Shown: positions 1 through 9,291, numbered from the stretch's first letter. The stretch is DNA of 54,373 bases from Chthoniobacterales bacterium (GCA_045809945.1 JBJMWW010000079.1:1-54373), one strand, 5' to 3'. Numbers and translations are program-made. The notes: a model not told the origin generated them from the letters alone.

Positions 1-1304
1 AAACGCGGGATGTTGTCGGGCGCGAACGCGATCAGGAGTTGCACCCCCCAATAGGCGAGGCCGACGCCGATTATACCTCCGCAGAGCGCGAGCAACATGC
101 TTTCGGTTAGCAGTTGCCGGATTAATCGGCCACGGCTTGCGCCGAGGGCAGCGCGCAATGCAAATTCGCGCTGACGCGATGCAGCACGCGCGAGGAGAAG
201 GTTAGCAACATTAGCGCAGGCGATGAGCAGCACGAAGGCCACGGCGGCAAGCAGCACGAGGAGCACGGGCCGGACATCGCCGACGATTTGCTCGCGAATA
301 GGCACGAGCGACACTCCCCAGCCGCTGTTGTAGTCGGGGTATTCCCGCGCGATCTGCTGTGCGATGCCGTTCAATTCCGCCTGCGCCTGCTCGACCGTCA
401 CGCCCGGCGCAAGACGAGCGACACATCGCAGAAACCGGCCGCCTGTTTTGCGATAATCCTGGGCGGGGTCGAATGCGATGGGCCGCCAGACCCGCACCTG
501 TTCGTTCAGAAAGGTGAAGCCGGCCGGCATCACGCCAACGATGGTGTAGCTGCGTCCGCTGATCGTGACCTGCCGGCCGAGCACTGTGCTGTCGCCACCG
601 AAGCGCTCCTGCCATAATCTGTAGCTCAGGATGGCGACGAGCGTGCCACCGGGACGGTCCTCCTCTTCCGTAAACCAGCGGCCGATCAATGGCTGCACAC
701 CGAGAGCGGGGAAGAAGGCCGCGCTCACGAGTTGCGCCTGCACTTCGATCGGGTCGCCCGAGCCGGTGAAGTTTGCGCGCGCGTCCCAAACTGCGGCGAT
801 TTTGTCGAAAGACCGGCTGCGTTTTTGCCAGTCGAGGAAATTCGCCGGCGCGACGACGTTGTGGTGATCAGGATCTCGCGCGAAGCGCTCCCATATCGTG
901 ACGACGCGATCGGCATGGGCGTAATCGAGGGAGCGCAGCAAAATGCCGTTGGTGACACTGAAGATCGCGGTGTTTGCGCCGATGCCGAGTGCAAGCACCA
1001 CCACTGCCGTAAGCGTGAAACCCGGGTGCTTGAAAAGGGACCGAGCGCCGTAGCGCAAGTCGATCAGCAACGTCTCGAAGGCAAAACCGGCGCGGCTCTC
1101 GCGCACCTGCTCCTTCACCTGTTCAACTCCGCCTACTTTGAGCAAGGCCGCCCGCCGCGCTTCTTCGTCATTCATTCCTTCGTTGATGTTGCGTTGCGTC
1201 AGCAGCTCGACGTAGGAAGTCATTTCGTCACTGAGTTGCTTCTCGGCGCGGCGTTTTCCGGTGAGATTGGCGAAAGCGCTTCGCAGTTGATTCCAGAGCC
1301 GCAT
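1..1304 (-). CDS. ADOP/MacB-like ABC transporter permease (3' end runs off the window)
   Basis: Absent from the ORF track because it is open at the edge. Manual translation from ATG at 1304 gives [28 protein letters not shown]...[22 protein letters not shown]...[36 protein letters not shown], with [28 protein letters not shown] near the edge. These are typical MacB/ADOP motifs, and the gene lies directly downstream of padR. Confidence 0.9.
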   Translation of the reverse strand, partial: MRLWNQLRSAFANLTGKRRAEKQLSDEMTSYVELLTQRNINEGMNDEEARRAALLKVGGVEQVKEQVRESRAGFAFETLLIDLRYGARSLFKHPGFTLTAVVVLALGIGANTAIFSVTNGILLRSLDYAHADRVVTIWERFARDPDHHNVVAPANFLDWQKRSRSFDKIAAVWDARANFTGSGDPIEVQAQLVSAAFFPALGVQPLIGRWFTEEEDRPGGTLVAILSYRLWQERFGGDSTVLGRQVTISGRSYTIVGVMPAGFTFLNEQVRVWRPIAFDPAQDYRKTGGRFLRCVARLAPGVTVEQAQAELNGIAQQIAREYPDYNSGWGVSLVPIREQIVGDVRPVLLVLLAAVAFVLLIACANVANLLLARAASRQREFALRAALGASRGRLIRQLLTESMLLALCGGIIGVGLAYWGVQLLIAFAPDNIPR

Positions 1305-1314
1305 TGAGAGTTGA

Positions 1315-1644
1315 TCAGGTCGCCCGCAATGCGCTCGTGATTCCCAGGGAAATGCGCTGCCAGTCTTTCGTTTCGGTGTCGAGCTGACGGCGGCCCGCTT
1401 TGGTCAGGGCGTAATACTTTGCCCGGCGATTGTTCTCCGAGTCGCCCCAGTTGGATTTTAACCAGCCAAATTCCTCCATCCGATGGAGCGCCGGAAACAG
1501 AGATCCTGGCTTCACTTCGAATGTTCCGTTGGTGATTTGCGCGATGCGATTGGCTACGCCGAGCCCATGGAGTTCCTGCACTGACAGTGCCTTCAAAATC
1601 AGGAGGTGGAGTGTTCCTTGCAGCAGATCAGCTTTCTTTCCCAT
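1315..1644 (-). CDS. PadR-family transcriptional regulator (acidobacterial type)
   Basis: [20 protein letters not shown]...HGLGVANRI...[11 protein letters not shown]...[23 protein letters not shown]; start trimmed to ATG 1644. Confidence 0.93.
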   Translation of the reverse strand: MGKKADLLQGTLHLLILKALSVQELHGLGVANRIAQITNGTFEVKPGSLFPALHRMEEFGWLKSNWGDSENNRRAKYYALTKAGRRQLDTETKDWQRISLGITSALRAT

Positions 1645-1647
1645 TGT

Positions 1648-1702
1648 CGTATAGAATGTCTGTAGGAGGAGAATTGCAGGTCTCCTATAGACTGTCAATA
1701 GG
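1648..1702. promoter_or_regulatory. Two tandem 19-bp imperfect palindromic operator-like sites upstream of padR
   Basis: CGTATAGAATGTCTGTAGG (1648-1666) and CCTATAGACTGTCAATAGG (1684-1702) are 15/19 identical. The second is a near-perfect palindrome and contains a minus-strand TTGACA. Confidence 0.65.
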
Positions 1703-1752
1703 GGAAATGGCTGGAGCTTGGCGGGAGCGATTCTTCGTCGCAGACTCTTCGC

Positions 1753-2682
1753 GTGAACGAGTTTTCGCGGCGCGACATGCTGCGTCTGATTGGCGGCACG
1801 GTCGCGGCTGCGTCGTTGCCGATTGGTGCGGCAACCGCGCAATCGGGACGCGAATCTTCTGCGATGCTGACCCGTGCGATTCCATCTTCCGGCGAAGAGT
1901 TGCCGGTCATTGGCCTCGGCACGTGGCAGGTCTTTGACGTTGGCGCATCCGGCGAAGCGGCGCTTGAGCCGGTGCTCGCCGAGTTCGCGAAAAACGGCGG
2001 GCGCATCGTCGATTCCTCGCCGATGTATGGCCGCGCCGAAGAGGTCGTGGGCGATCTCTCGGCGAAATTAAAGCTGCGGGATTCGCTCTTCCTCGCGACC
2101 AAGGTCTGGACGCGCGGCAAGCAGGCAGGGATTGAGTCGATGGAACATTCCCTGGCGCGGATGAACGCGAAGCGAATGGACTTGATGCAGGTGCACAACC
2201 TCGTCGATGTGAACACGCACCTTGGGACCTTGCGCGAATGGAAGCAGGAGGGACGTGTGCGTTACATCGGGATCACCCACTACAACGCGAGCGCTTTGCC
2301 CGAAGTCGAGCGCGTGCTGAAAAGCCAGCCGGTTGATTTTCTGCAAATTAACTACTCAATGCACGAACGTGAAGTTGAGCAGCGTGTCCTGCCGCTGGGC
2401 CAGGAAAAGGGCGTCGCTGTTATTATTAACCGGCCGTTCGGCGGAGGCGATCTGTTGAGGCGACTGCGCGGCGCGCCGTTGCCGAATGAGGCGCGAGAGG
2501 TCGACTGCGCCTCATGGGCGCAATTTCTACTCAAATGGATTCTTGGACATCCCGCTGTGACCTGTGTGATCCCGGCGACGAACAAGCTGGAACATCTGCG
2601 CGATAACATGCAAGCGGGCCACGGCCGGCTGCCCGATCATGATATGCGCGAACGCATGGCAGAACTGGTGGCGACGTGTTGA
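1753..2682 (+). CDS. Aldo/keto reductase with twin-arginine-like leader
   Basis: IGLGTW, DSSPMYG, LFLATKVW, DLMQVHN, GRVRYIGIT, HPAVTCVIP; N-terminus SRRDML followed by a hydrophobic stretch. Confidence 0.92.
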   Translation: MNEFSRRDMLRLIGGTVAAASLPIGAATAQSGRESSAMLTRAIPSSGEELPVIGLGTWQVFDVGASGEAALEPVLAEFAKNGGRIVDSSPMYGRAEEVVGDLSAKLKLRDSLFLATKVWTRGKQAGIESMEHSLARMNAKRMDLMQVHNLVDVNTHLGTLREWKQEGRVRYIGITHYNASALPEVERVLKSQPVDFLQINYSMHEREVEQRVLPLGQEKGVAVIINRPFGGGDLLRRLRGAPLPNEAREVDCASWAQFLLKWILGHPAVTCVIPATNKLEHLRDNMQAGHGRLPDHDMRERMAELVATC

Positions 2683-3935
2683 AACCGATCGTCTTCAGCT
2701 GCGCGCTGGCCCTGACCTTCGCGGCGCGCCTTGCGCGAGCGGAAAGCCAGACCGAGCAGGACGAGTACACTCAATACGAGTTGCTCGCGCCGGAGAGCGC
2801 CTCGTTCAAGATCACCTATGAAGTCACGGCAACGACGCCGGGCGCGAAGTTATTCTGGAATCCGATCCGCAAAGGCAGTGTGGCGAGCGACGAGGCGGTG
2901 TTCGACACGATGAGCGGCGCACCGCTGAAGTTCGAGCAGGTGAACGGCGCAACCGCGAAAGAACACGGACTCGGTGAGGCCGATCCGGCGAGCGACTATA
3001 TCGAAGTGCAACTCGCGCGGCCGGTCCCGGCCGATGGAGGACAGGCGCGCGTTCGTATTATTAAGACTTACAAAGATGCGAAGAGTTATCGACGCGAAGG
3101 CAACGGGATCGTTTTTGAACGACCACTTGGCATCCGACGCAATGCCATTGTGTTGCCTGCTGGCTACCGTGTCGCGGATTGCAACGTGCCATCGCAAATC
3201 CTGGCCGAATCGGACGGTCGAACGCGCGTCAGCTTCATGCATCAGGCGCCGGGCCCTGCCGGGCTGGTGTTGAAAGCGCTGCCCGGTGCTCTTTCGACAA
3301 AGCCGCGCGAACTCACCGACGCGCGGAGCTGGGAACCGCCACCGACGCACGGCCCGACCGAACGCGAACGGCTGGCAGAGCGCGCACATCAGGATCGCGA
3401 CATCGTCTATTTTCTCCAGCAACCGGAGACCCACGCGTTCAAGCTTTACCACGACTACACGGAGTCCCGCGAGGGCACGGACAAATATCTCAACGTTGTC
3501 CGCACCGGCAGCGCGGTGAGTGAGCCTTCAGGCAAGATTCTCGATACCGGTGAACCGCTGAAAGTTGAGGTGTTGACCGGCGCCAAATTGAAGGAAGCGA
3601 AGGTGGATACAGAAGACGAGAAGATCGCGCCGGATCAGCAAGCAGTCGTCTTCCGCTTTGCGCCGGTGAAACGCGGGCAATCAATACGGCTGCGCATGTC
3701 GGAGACCTACACCGCGCCTGAGTGCTACCGGCTCGAGGGGGACGAACTCGTGTTCGATCGCAGCTTTGGACGGCCGCGTAATTCCGTAGTTCTGCCGCGA
3801 GGCTGGTACTTAACGGCGTCTTCGATTCCAGCGGCGATCACCCAAACGCCGGACGGTCTGACGCGGCTGGACTTTGTGAATGGCCGGCCTGATTCGATCG
3901 CCGTCCTGATCAAAGGGAAGCGGATCGCGAACTGA
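2676..3935 (+). CDS. Secreted hypothetical protein made of two internally duplicated ~190-aa domains
   Basis: Signal peptide ending ARA-E. The halves align, e.g. YRREGNGIVFERPLGIRRNAIVLPAGY vs YRLEGDELVFDRSFGRPRNSVVLPRGW. Confidence 0.8.
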   Translation: MLKPIVFSCALALTFAARLARAESQTEQDEYTQYELLAPESASFKITYEVTATTPGAKLFWNPIRKGSVASDEAVFDTMSGAPLKFEQVNGATAKEHGLGEADPASDYIEVQLARPVPADGGQARVRIIKTYKDAKSYRREGNGIVFERPLGIRRNAIVLPAGYRVADCNVPSQILAESDGRTRVSFMHQAPGPAGLVLKALPGALSTKPRELTDARSWEPPPTHGPTERERLAERAHQDRDIVYFLQQPETHAFKLYHDYTESREGTDKYLNVVRTGSAVSEPSGKILDTGEPLKVEVLTGAKLKEAKVDTEDEKIAPDQQAVVFRFAPVKRGQSIRLRMSETYTAPECYRLEGDELVFDRSFGRPRNSVVLPRGWYLTASSIPAAITQTPDGLTRLDFVNGRPDSIAVLIKGKRIAN

Positions 3936-4139
3936 GCAGGGCGGATTTCGTCGTAGCGCCCGACCTCGCGACGTTAGCCGACTGCTACTTTCGCCACAGG
4001 AGCGGCGCCGCCGCCAATCCTTTTCAGCCGGAAAAACACTGGCTTTCTCCGCAAAATCAGCAGCAGTTTTGCTGTTACTTTTTTCCAGAAACAATTCAGT
4101 TGCGCACGGCCCTTGCTTAAGCGAAAGAGACCGCCCCCC

Positions 4140-4700
4140 ATGACAAAGAGCCTACTCGTATCCTGCCTTCTAACCGCTGCAGCGACCGCAGTTTTCGTGA
4201 CGGAACTCAGCGCGAAACCCACGCGCTCGCACGCTCGCCAAGAGGCGCCGCGACAGTTCACGTTCAACGATGCGGCCGGCAAGCCGGCTACCGTCGACGT
4301 GGTGGATCATTACCAGCCAAAGAAGCTTCAGTTGGCGTCGGGCGGCGTCGACACAAAGCTTGCCCAGGCCGCGACGATTGCACAGGAGCGGGCAAATGCG
4401 CACTCGCGCCGCATGTGCTGGGCCTACGTGAAGGACGCGCTCCTCGCCGCTGGTGCTGTATCATCGCGTCCGACGACCGGCTTTGCGAAACAAGCGGGTG
4501 ACGAGCTCGTGCAGAAATATGGGTTCAAGAAGCTGTCCGTCACGGATCCCTACAAAGCGCCGGTCGGAGCGGTGCTGGTCTACACGGCAAAGGGCGCACC
4601 CGGTCACGTGGAGATTCGGACGCAGGATGGTTTTGTCAGCGATTTCAGATCGAAGACGCCATCGCCGCGGCCGCTTATCGGCATCTACGGCAAATCGTAA
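4140..4700 (+). CDS. Secreted Cys/His hydrolase-like protein (NlpC/P60-CHAP-like, putative peptidoglycan hydrolase), paralog 1
   Basis: Signal peptide; MCWAYVKDAL...GAVLVY...GHVEIRT...FVSDF. Confidence 0.7.
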   Translation: MTKSLLVSCLLTAAATAVFVTELSAKPTRSHARQEAPRQFTFNDAAGKPATVDVVDHYQPKKLQLASGGVDTKLAQAATIAQERANAHSRRMCWAYVKDALLAAGAVSSRPTTGFAKQAGDELVQKYGFKKLSVTDPYKAPVGAVLVYTAKGAPGHVEIRTQDGFVSDFRSKTPSPRPLIGIYGKS

Positions 4701-4753
4701 GCGGGAGAAACCGCTTGCGCAGTACGCAGCGTGCGTACATATGAGGCACTCGC

Positions 4754-5404
4754 GTGCGGAAATTTATTGCTCTTACAATCGCTGCTTGTGGGTGCACCGC
4801 CGTGTTTCCGGCGAAAGCTCTGCCGCCGCCGAAGTTTCAACTCGCGCCTGTCAGGGCGACGCCAAAACGCGCTCCTGAAGCGGAAGTTGACGATTCCGAC
4901 TCGGTGACGGTCACAGCGTCGAGCGTGGCGCCGAAATCAAAGTCAACGTTTACAATTCGCGATCCGTCAGGAACGCAGGAATCCATTCCCGTCGTCACCA
5001 AGTATCAGCCGAACAAAATCGTTTATCCCTACGGGAAATACGATCGCCGGGTCGGTGCCGGTTTGTTGCGTGCTGCGACCATTGCGCAGGAACGCGCCCG
5101 GGCGCATTCCCGTTCGATGTGCTGGCATTACGTGAAGGAAGCGCTCGTTGCTGCGGGAGTGGTGCCTACGCGTCCGAAAACCGAGCTCGCGAAAGACGCT
5201 GCTGCTGAGCTCGTGAACGTTTACGGCTTCCGCAAGCTGCCGGTGCGCGATCCCTACCAGGCGCCGATTGGCTCGGTGCTGGTTTACGGCGCTCGTCGTG
5301 CGGCGGGCCATATCGAGTTTCGCACCCGCGATGGTTTCGTCAGCGATTTCAAATCGAAGACGCCGTCGCGTCGTCCGCTGCTCGGCGTTTACGCCCGAAT
5401 GTAG
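4754..5404 (+). CDS. Secreted Cys/His hydrolase-like protein (NlpC/P60-CHAP-like), paralog 2
   Basis: MCWHYVKEAL...GSVLVY...GHIEFRT...FVSDF; clearly homologous to 4140-4700. Confidence 0.7.
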   Translation: MRKFIALTIAACGCTAVFPAKALPPPKFQLAPVRATPKRAPEAEVDDSDSVTVTASSVAPKSKSTFTIRDPSGTQESIPVVTKYQPNKIVYPYGKYDRRVGAGLLRAATIAQERARAHSRSMCWHYVKEALVAAGVVPTRPKTELAKDAAAELVNVYGFRKLPVRDPYQAPIGSVLVYGARRAAGHIEFRTRDGFVSDFKSKTPSRRPLLGVYARM

Positions 5405-5406
5405 CG

Positions 5407-5838
5407 TTAACGCGAGGTTAGCTTCGCGTTCAGCTTGATCTCCGTTCCGGTCAGCGCTTTCGAAACCGGACAACCGGTTTTCGTTTTCTCCGCCTGCTCC
5501 TGAAACGCGGCAGCGTCGATTCCGGGGACCTCGGATTCGTTCTCCAACTCGATCGTCGTGATCTTCGGTCCGCTATCGGTGACCTCAAGCTTCACGTTTG
5601 CCGTCGTGCTGACGTGTTTCGCGGGATGCCCGGCTTTCTCGAGGTTCGCGGACAGCGCCATCGAAAAACAACCGGCCAGCGCGGCGCCGATCAACTCCTC
5701 GGGATTCGTACCGCTCCCGTTCTCGAATCGCGAGCTGAACGAGAACGGCCCCTCGTACGCACCGCTGCCGAGTTTCATCGAGCCGCTTCCTCCTTTGAGG
5801 GTGCCATTCCACATCGCTGATCCTGTTCGTTGAGCCAT
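5407..5838 (-). CDS. osmC: OsmC peroxiredoxin
   Basis: MAQRTGSAMWNGTLKGGSG...FSFSSRFE...TNPEELIGAALAGCFSMAL...CPVSKAL; start trimmed to ATG 5838. Confidence 0.93.
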   Translation of the reverse strand: MAQRTGSAMWNGTLKGGSGSMKLGSGAYEGPFSFSSRFENGSGTNPEELIGAALAGCFSMALSANLEKAGHPAKHVSTTANVKLEVTDSGPKITTIELENESEVPGIDAAAFQEQAEKTKTGCPVSKALTGTEIKLNAKLTSR

Positions 5839-5870
5839 ACCTTTATTGTTAGTCCGGAATCGGATCTCGT

Positions 5871-8800
5871 CTACGGCAGCCGCTTTGGATCCAGCAGTTT
5901 CTTGCGCGTCTGAGCACGGTCTTTTCGCGTGACCGCAGCGTAGCCGAATTCCTCGCGGAATCGCGGTGTCGTATCGGGCGCGAAGCCGTGGCGCATGATG
6001 TTCTCCGTCACGACGCGCGGGATCACGAAGTTCAGCAGGTAATCGGCGCTGCCGGCTTTCGTTCCGCCGCCGGACATCTTGAATCCGCCGAATGGATGAC
6101 GGCCCACGACTGCGCCGGTACACGATCGATTGACGTAGACGTTACCCGATTCGATTTCGGCTTTTATGCGTTCGATGTTCGCCGGGCTGCGGGAGAAAAA
6201 CCCGGCAGTCAGCGCGTAATCTGTCCCGTTGGCTACGCGAATTGCTTCATCGAGATCGCGCACTTTGATCACGCTCAGGACGGGCCCGAAAATCTCACAC
6301 TGCGCGAGATCCTTGTTCGGATCGACATCGGTGAAGATCGTTGGCGGAATGAAGTAGCCTCCGCTCGGAATGCCTTTCGCCTCGTAAGCCAGCGTTGCCT
6401 CCGTCTTGCCTTCCTCGATCCGCTCTTTAATTCGCGTGTAGGCTTTCTCATCGATCACCGGGCCGACGGTAATTCCCGGTTCTTCCGGGTTGCCGACGCG
6501 CAAGCTTGCGGTCGCCGCAATCAAACGCTGCACGACGCGGTCATAATTTTCTTCGAGCACAATCAGACGCGAGCACGCGGAACATTTCTGACCTTGGTAG
6601 CCGAAGGCGGAATAGACCGTGTCGATCGTTACCTCGTCGAGATCGGCATCGGAATCGACGATCACGGCGTTCTTGCCGCCCATTTCGCAGACGACCCGCT
6701 TTAATTCGCGCTGCCCAGGCCGGGTGATGCCGGCTGACTCCCAGATTTTCAAGCCGACTTCGCGCGAGCCGGTAAACGCAACCATCACCACATCCGGATG
6801 GTCGACCATGTGCGCGCCCATGGTTGAGCCTCGACCGTTCAAGTAATTGAGCACGCCGCGCGGGACGCCGGCTTCGCGGAACATTTCCATCAACATCCAG
6901 CCGCAAATCGCCGACGGCTCCGCCGGTTTCATGATGACAGTGTTACCGGTCACCAGCGCCGCGGAGACCATGCCGGTGAGAATCGCGATCGGGAAATTCC
7001 AAGGCGCGATCACGAGCGCGACACCGCGCGGCCAGTAGTGCTGATAGCTTTCTTCGCCAGGTACGTGCTGCGTGAGCGTCGGCCGGCCGAGGATCCGCAT
7101 CTGCTGGGCGTAGAAGAGCAGGAAATCGATTGCCTCGCGGATGTCGCCGTCTGCTTCGGCCCAGGGCTTGCCGACTTCGTAGACTTCAAGCGCGCTCAGC
7201 TCGAAACGACGCCTGTCCATGATCTCCGCGACGCGTTCGAGCAACTGTGCGCGATGTTCAACGCTGACGCGGCACCAATCCTCGAAGGCGCGCTTCGCCG
7301 CTGCTACAGCGCGATCTGCTTCGGGAATTTCGGCCTCGGCGATGTAACCGACGACTTCAGTCGGATTCGTCGGATTCAGCGAGGGGAAAAACTTCTCCGT
7401 CCACACTTCCTCGCCATCGATGAAGAGCGGATATTTCTTGCCGAACCGCGTGCGCATATCGCGCAACGCGGCGCGCATCTTCTCCTGGTTCTCCTCGTGC
7501 ACGAAATTGACCAGCGGCGCATTCTCGTAGCTGTCGCCGGGCGGCGTCTCGCGATCAGTCGCTCCATTTCTGCTGTCATCCCGAGCGAATGCGAGGGACC
7601 TCTCATGCGGTCCACGGTCACGCGAGCTTGTGTGATCGCGCGTTCGGGCGGGAGGTTCCTCGCCGTCTGCGCGAGTCGGAATGACCGCGGAGCGATGCGC
7701 CACGAGTTCCCGCGGATCCTGTAGCAGCGCGATTTCGGATGCGTTGTCGGAAAATTTCGCGCGCAGAAATCCTTCATTTGAAGTGTTCTCGAGCAACCGA
7801 CGCACGAGGTACGACATTCCCGGAAGCAGTTCACCAACCGGCGAGTACTCGCGCACGCGGTAACCCATGTCGACCAGCGCCCGCTTGATCGGATTCGCCA
7901 TTCCGTAAAGGAGCTGGAATTCGAGCCGGCTCTTGTCGATGCCGAGCGAGTCGGCGTAAGCCATCGCGTGTGCGATACTGCGCACGTTGTGCGAGCCAAA
8001 CGCGCTCGTCACCACCGACTCATTGTCGAGCAGAATGCGAGTGCAGTTTTCGAAGTTACCGTCGCTCTCGGGTTTCTCGAGCCACACTGGAATACGCCAG
8101 CCGTTTTGTCCGGCTTTGATTTTCTCGTAGTCCCAGTACGCGCCTTTCACGAGCCGAACGGTGAAACGCGTGCCGCGCGCGCGACCCCACTCGATCAAAT
8201 CGCGGAGATCGGTTTCCGCATCGCGCAGATACGCCTGAATGACAATGCCGGCGTGCGGCCAATCGCGAAATTCGTCTTCGGTGAACAAACGCCGGAACAG
8301 CTCGAGCGTCGCGTTTTTATGCGCGTAGCTCTCCATGTCGAAGTTGATGAATGCGCCGAGCTCGCGCGCCCTTCGCAGGATGGGACGCAATCGCGGCGTA
8401 AGATGCGCAATCGCGTCTTCCGGATCGGCCGGATTCATCTGCGAATAGAGGGCCGAAATTTTCACCGACATGTTGACGACCGGGAACAGCTCGGTGTTTC
8501 GGCCTAACGGATCGTTCCAGCCGCGTGTCTCGTGGGCGAGGCCGTTGAGCAATGCCAGGCAGCGCGTCGCGTACTCTTCCGTTTCCTGCTCGCTCACGAC
8601 CGCTTCACCTAACAGGTCGACCGTGAATCCGATGCGCTGCTTGCGCCGCTTGCGCAGGGTCTTCATCACGTCGTCTGCATCGCGACCGGCAATGAATTGC
8701 CGCGCCATGCCGCTCACGTTCCAGCGCATGAACGGTCCGGCGATCCAGGGAACGAGGTGCGACGCGCGGATCGCGGGCTTCAGCATCGGCGCGAAGCCGT

Positions 8801-9035
8801 TTTCGAGAGTGCTCAAATACTCGTCGAAATGCTGCACGATGTCGGTCGGCCGATGCAGCGTCGCGAGCACGTCGACGAAGCGGAACATCTGCACCTTGAA
8901 CTTTTCGTCGCGCATCGAGAACTCCATCATCCGTTGGTAGAAACCGGAACGGCTGAAGAGTGATTCGGGGTGCTGATCGACGAGATCGAAAATTTGGCGG
9001 CCGCGTTCTTCGACGGCGGACTGCAACGCGCTCAT
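5871..9035 (-). CDS. putA: Bifunctional proline dehydrogenase / P5C dehydrogenase PutA
   Basis: PRODH motifs VDLLGE, VRLVKGAYWD, FGSHNVRS, YLVRRLLENTSN; ALDH motifs IAPWNFP, FTGS, EMGGKN, GQKCSA, EIFGP; start MSALQ at 9035. Confidence 0.96.
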   Translation of the reverse strand: MSALQSAVEERGRQIFDLVDQHPESLFSRSGFYQRMMEFSMRDEKFKVQMFRFVDVLATLHRPTDIVQHFDEYLSTLENGFAPMLKPAIRASHLVPWIAGPFMRWNVSGMARQFIAGRDADDVMKTLRKRRKQRIGFTVDLLGEAVVSEQETEEYATRCLALLNGLAHETRGWNDPLGRNTELFPVVNMSVKISALYSQMNPADPEDAIAHLTPRLRPILRRARELGAFINFDMESYAHKNATLELFRRLFTEDEFRDWPHAGIVIQAYLRDAETDLRDLIEWGRARGTRFTVRLVKGAYWDYEKIKAGQNGWRIPVWLEKPESDGNFENCTRILLDNESVVTSAFGSHNVRSIAHAMAYADSLGIDKSRLEFQLLYGMANPIKRALVDMGYRVREYSPVGELLPGMSYLVRRLLENTSNEGFLRAKFSDNASEIALLQDPRELVAHRSAVIPTRADGEEPPARTRDHTSSRDRGPHERSLAFARDDSRNGATDRETPPGDSYENAPLVNFVHEENQEKMRAALRDMRTRFGKKYPLFIDGEEVWTEKFFPSLNPTNPTEVVGYIAEAEIPEADRAVAAAKRAFEDWCRVSVEHRAQLLERVAEIMDRRRFELSALEVYEVGKPWAEADGDIREAIDFLLFYAQQMRILGRPTLTQHVPGEESYQHYWPRGVALVIAPWNFPIAILTGMVSAALVTGNTVIMKPAEPSAICGWMLMEMFREAGVPRGVLNYLNGRGSTMGAHMVDHPDVVMVAFTGSREVGLKIWESAGITRPGQRELKRVVCEMGGKNAVIVDSDADLDEVTIDTVYSAFGYQGQKCSACSRLIVLEENYDRVVQRLIAATASLRVGNPEEPGITVGPVIDEKAYTRIKERIEEGKTEATLAYEAKGIPSGGYFIPPTIFTDVDPNKDLAQCEIFGPVLSVIKVRDLDEAIRVANGTDYALTAGFFSRSPANIERIKAEIESGNVYVNRSCTGAVVGRHPFGGFKMSGGGTKAGSADYLLNFVIPRVVTENIMRHGFAPDTTPRFREEFGYAAVTRKDRAQTRKKLLDPKRLP
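7575..7685. repeat. 111-bp palindromic (REP/RPE-like) element in frame inside putA
   Basis: Ends are GTCATCCCGA and TCGGAATGAC. The left arm is 21/26 identical to the intergenic element at 51906-51981. It encodes 37 residues, VIPTRADG...LAFARDD. Confidence 0.85.
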
Positions 9036-9040
9036 GGCGG

Positions 9041-9069
9041 AGAATAATCGCGCCCGCTGCTTTGAGCAA
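9041..9069 (-). promoter_or_regulatory. Putative sigma70-type promoter of putA (leaderless arrangement)
   Basis: Minus strand reads TTGCTC-N17-TATTCT-N5-ATG. Confidence 0.55.
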
Positions 9070-9160
9070 AGGTATCGGGGCCTAACAAAAAAGGTGTCCA
9101 GACACGCGCGCGGCCTCGCTGGTTTTCGAAGTTTTAGTGTCGGTCGAAAGGAGACGAAAA

Positions 9161-9277
9161 ATGAAATTGAGAGAAAAAATTCAGGAGAGGGCGGCGGCCG
9201 GCTACATTTTGCTGTGGCTGCTAGGTGTGCCGATTCCGGTGCTCTTATTGTTCTTTCTGCTGCGCGGTTGCACATAG
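9161..9277 (+). CDS. 38-aa single-pass membrane peptide
   Basis: AAGGAG RBS upstream; MKLREKIQERAAAGYILLWLLGVPIPVLLLFFLLRGCT*. Below the ORF-track length cut-off. Confidence 0.75.
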   Translation: MKLREKIQERAAAGYILLWLLGVPIPVLLLFFLLRGCT

Positions 9278-9291
9278 AGGTTAGGGCGCTA

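Noticed and set aside
732-1307. 191-aa plus-strand ORF and other ORFs in 211-994
   Set aside because: Antisense or off-frame shadows of the ADOP permease, which has clear family motifs.
3953-3988. GTAGC...GCTAC bounded stretch resembling a GTAG-type REP
   Set aside because: Only 5-bp terminal pairing with a poor inner stem, and no clear second copy.
5839-6123. Long N-terminal extension of OsmC in the ORF track
   Set aside because: Overlaps putA out of frame; OsmC homology starts at ATG 5838.
9036-9275. 80-aa N-terminal extension of PutA (possible DNA-binding domain)
   Set aside because: No ribbon-helix-helix pattern. The region holds a promoter and a better opposite-strand small ORF.
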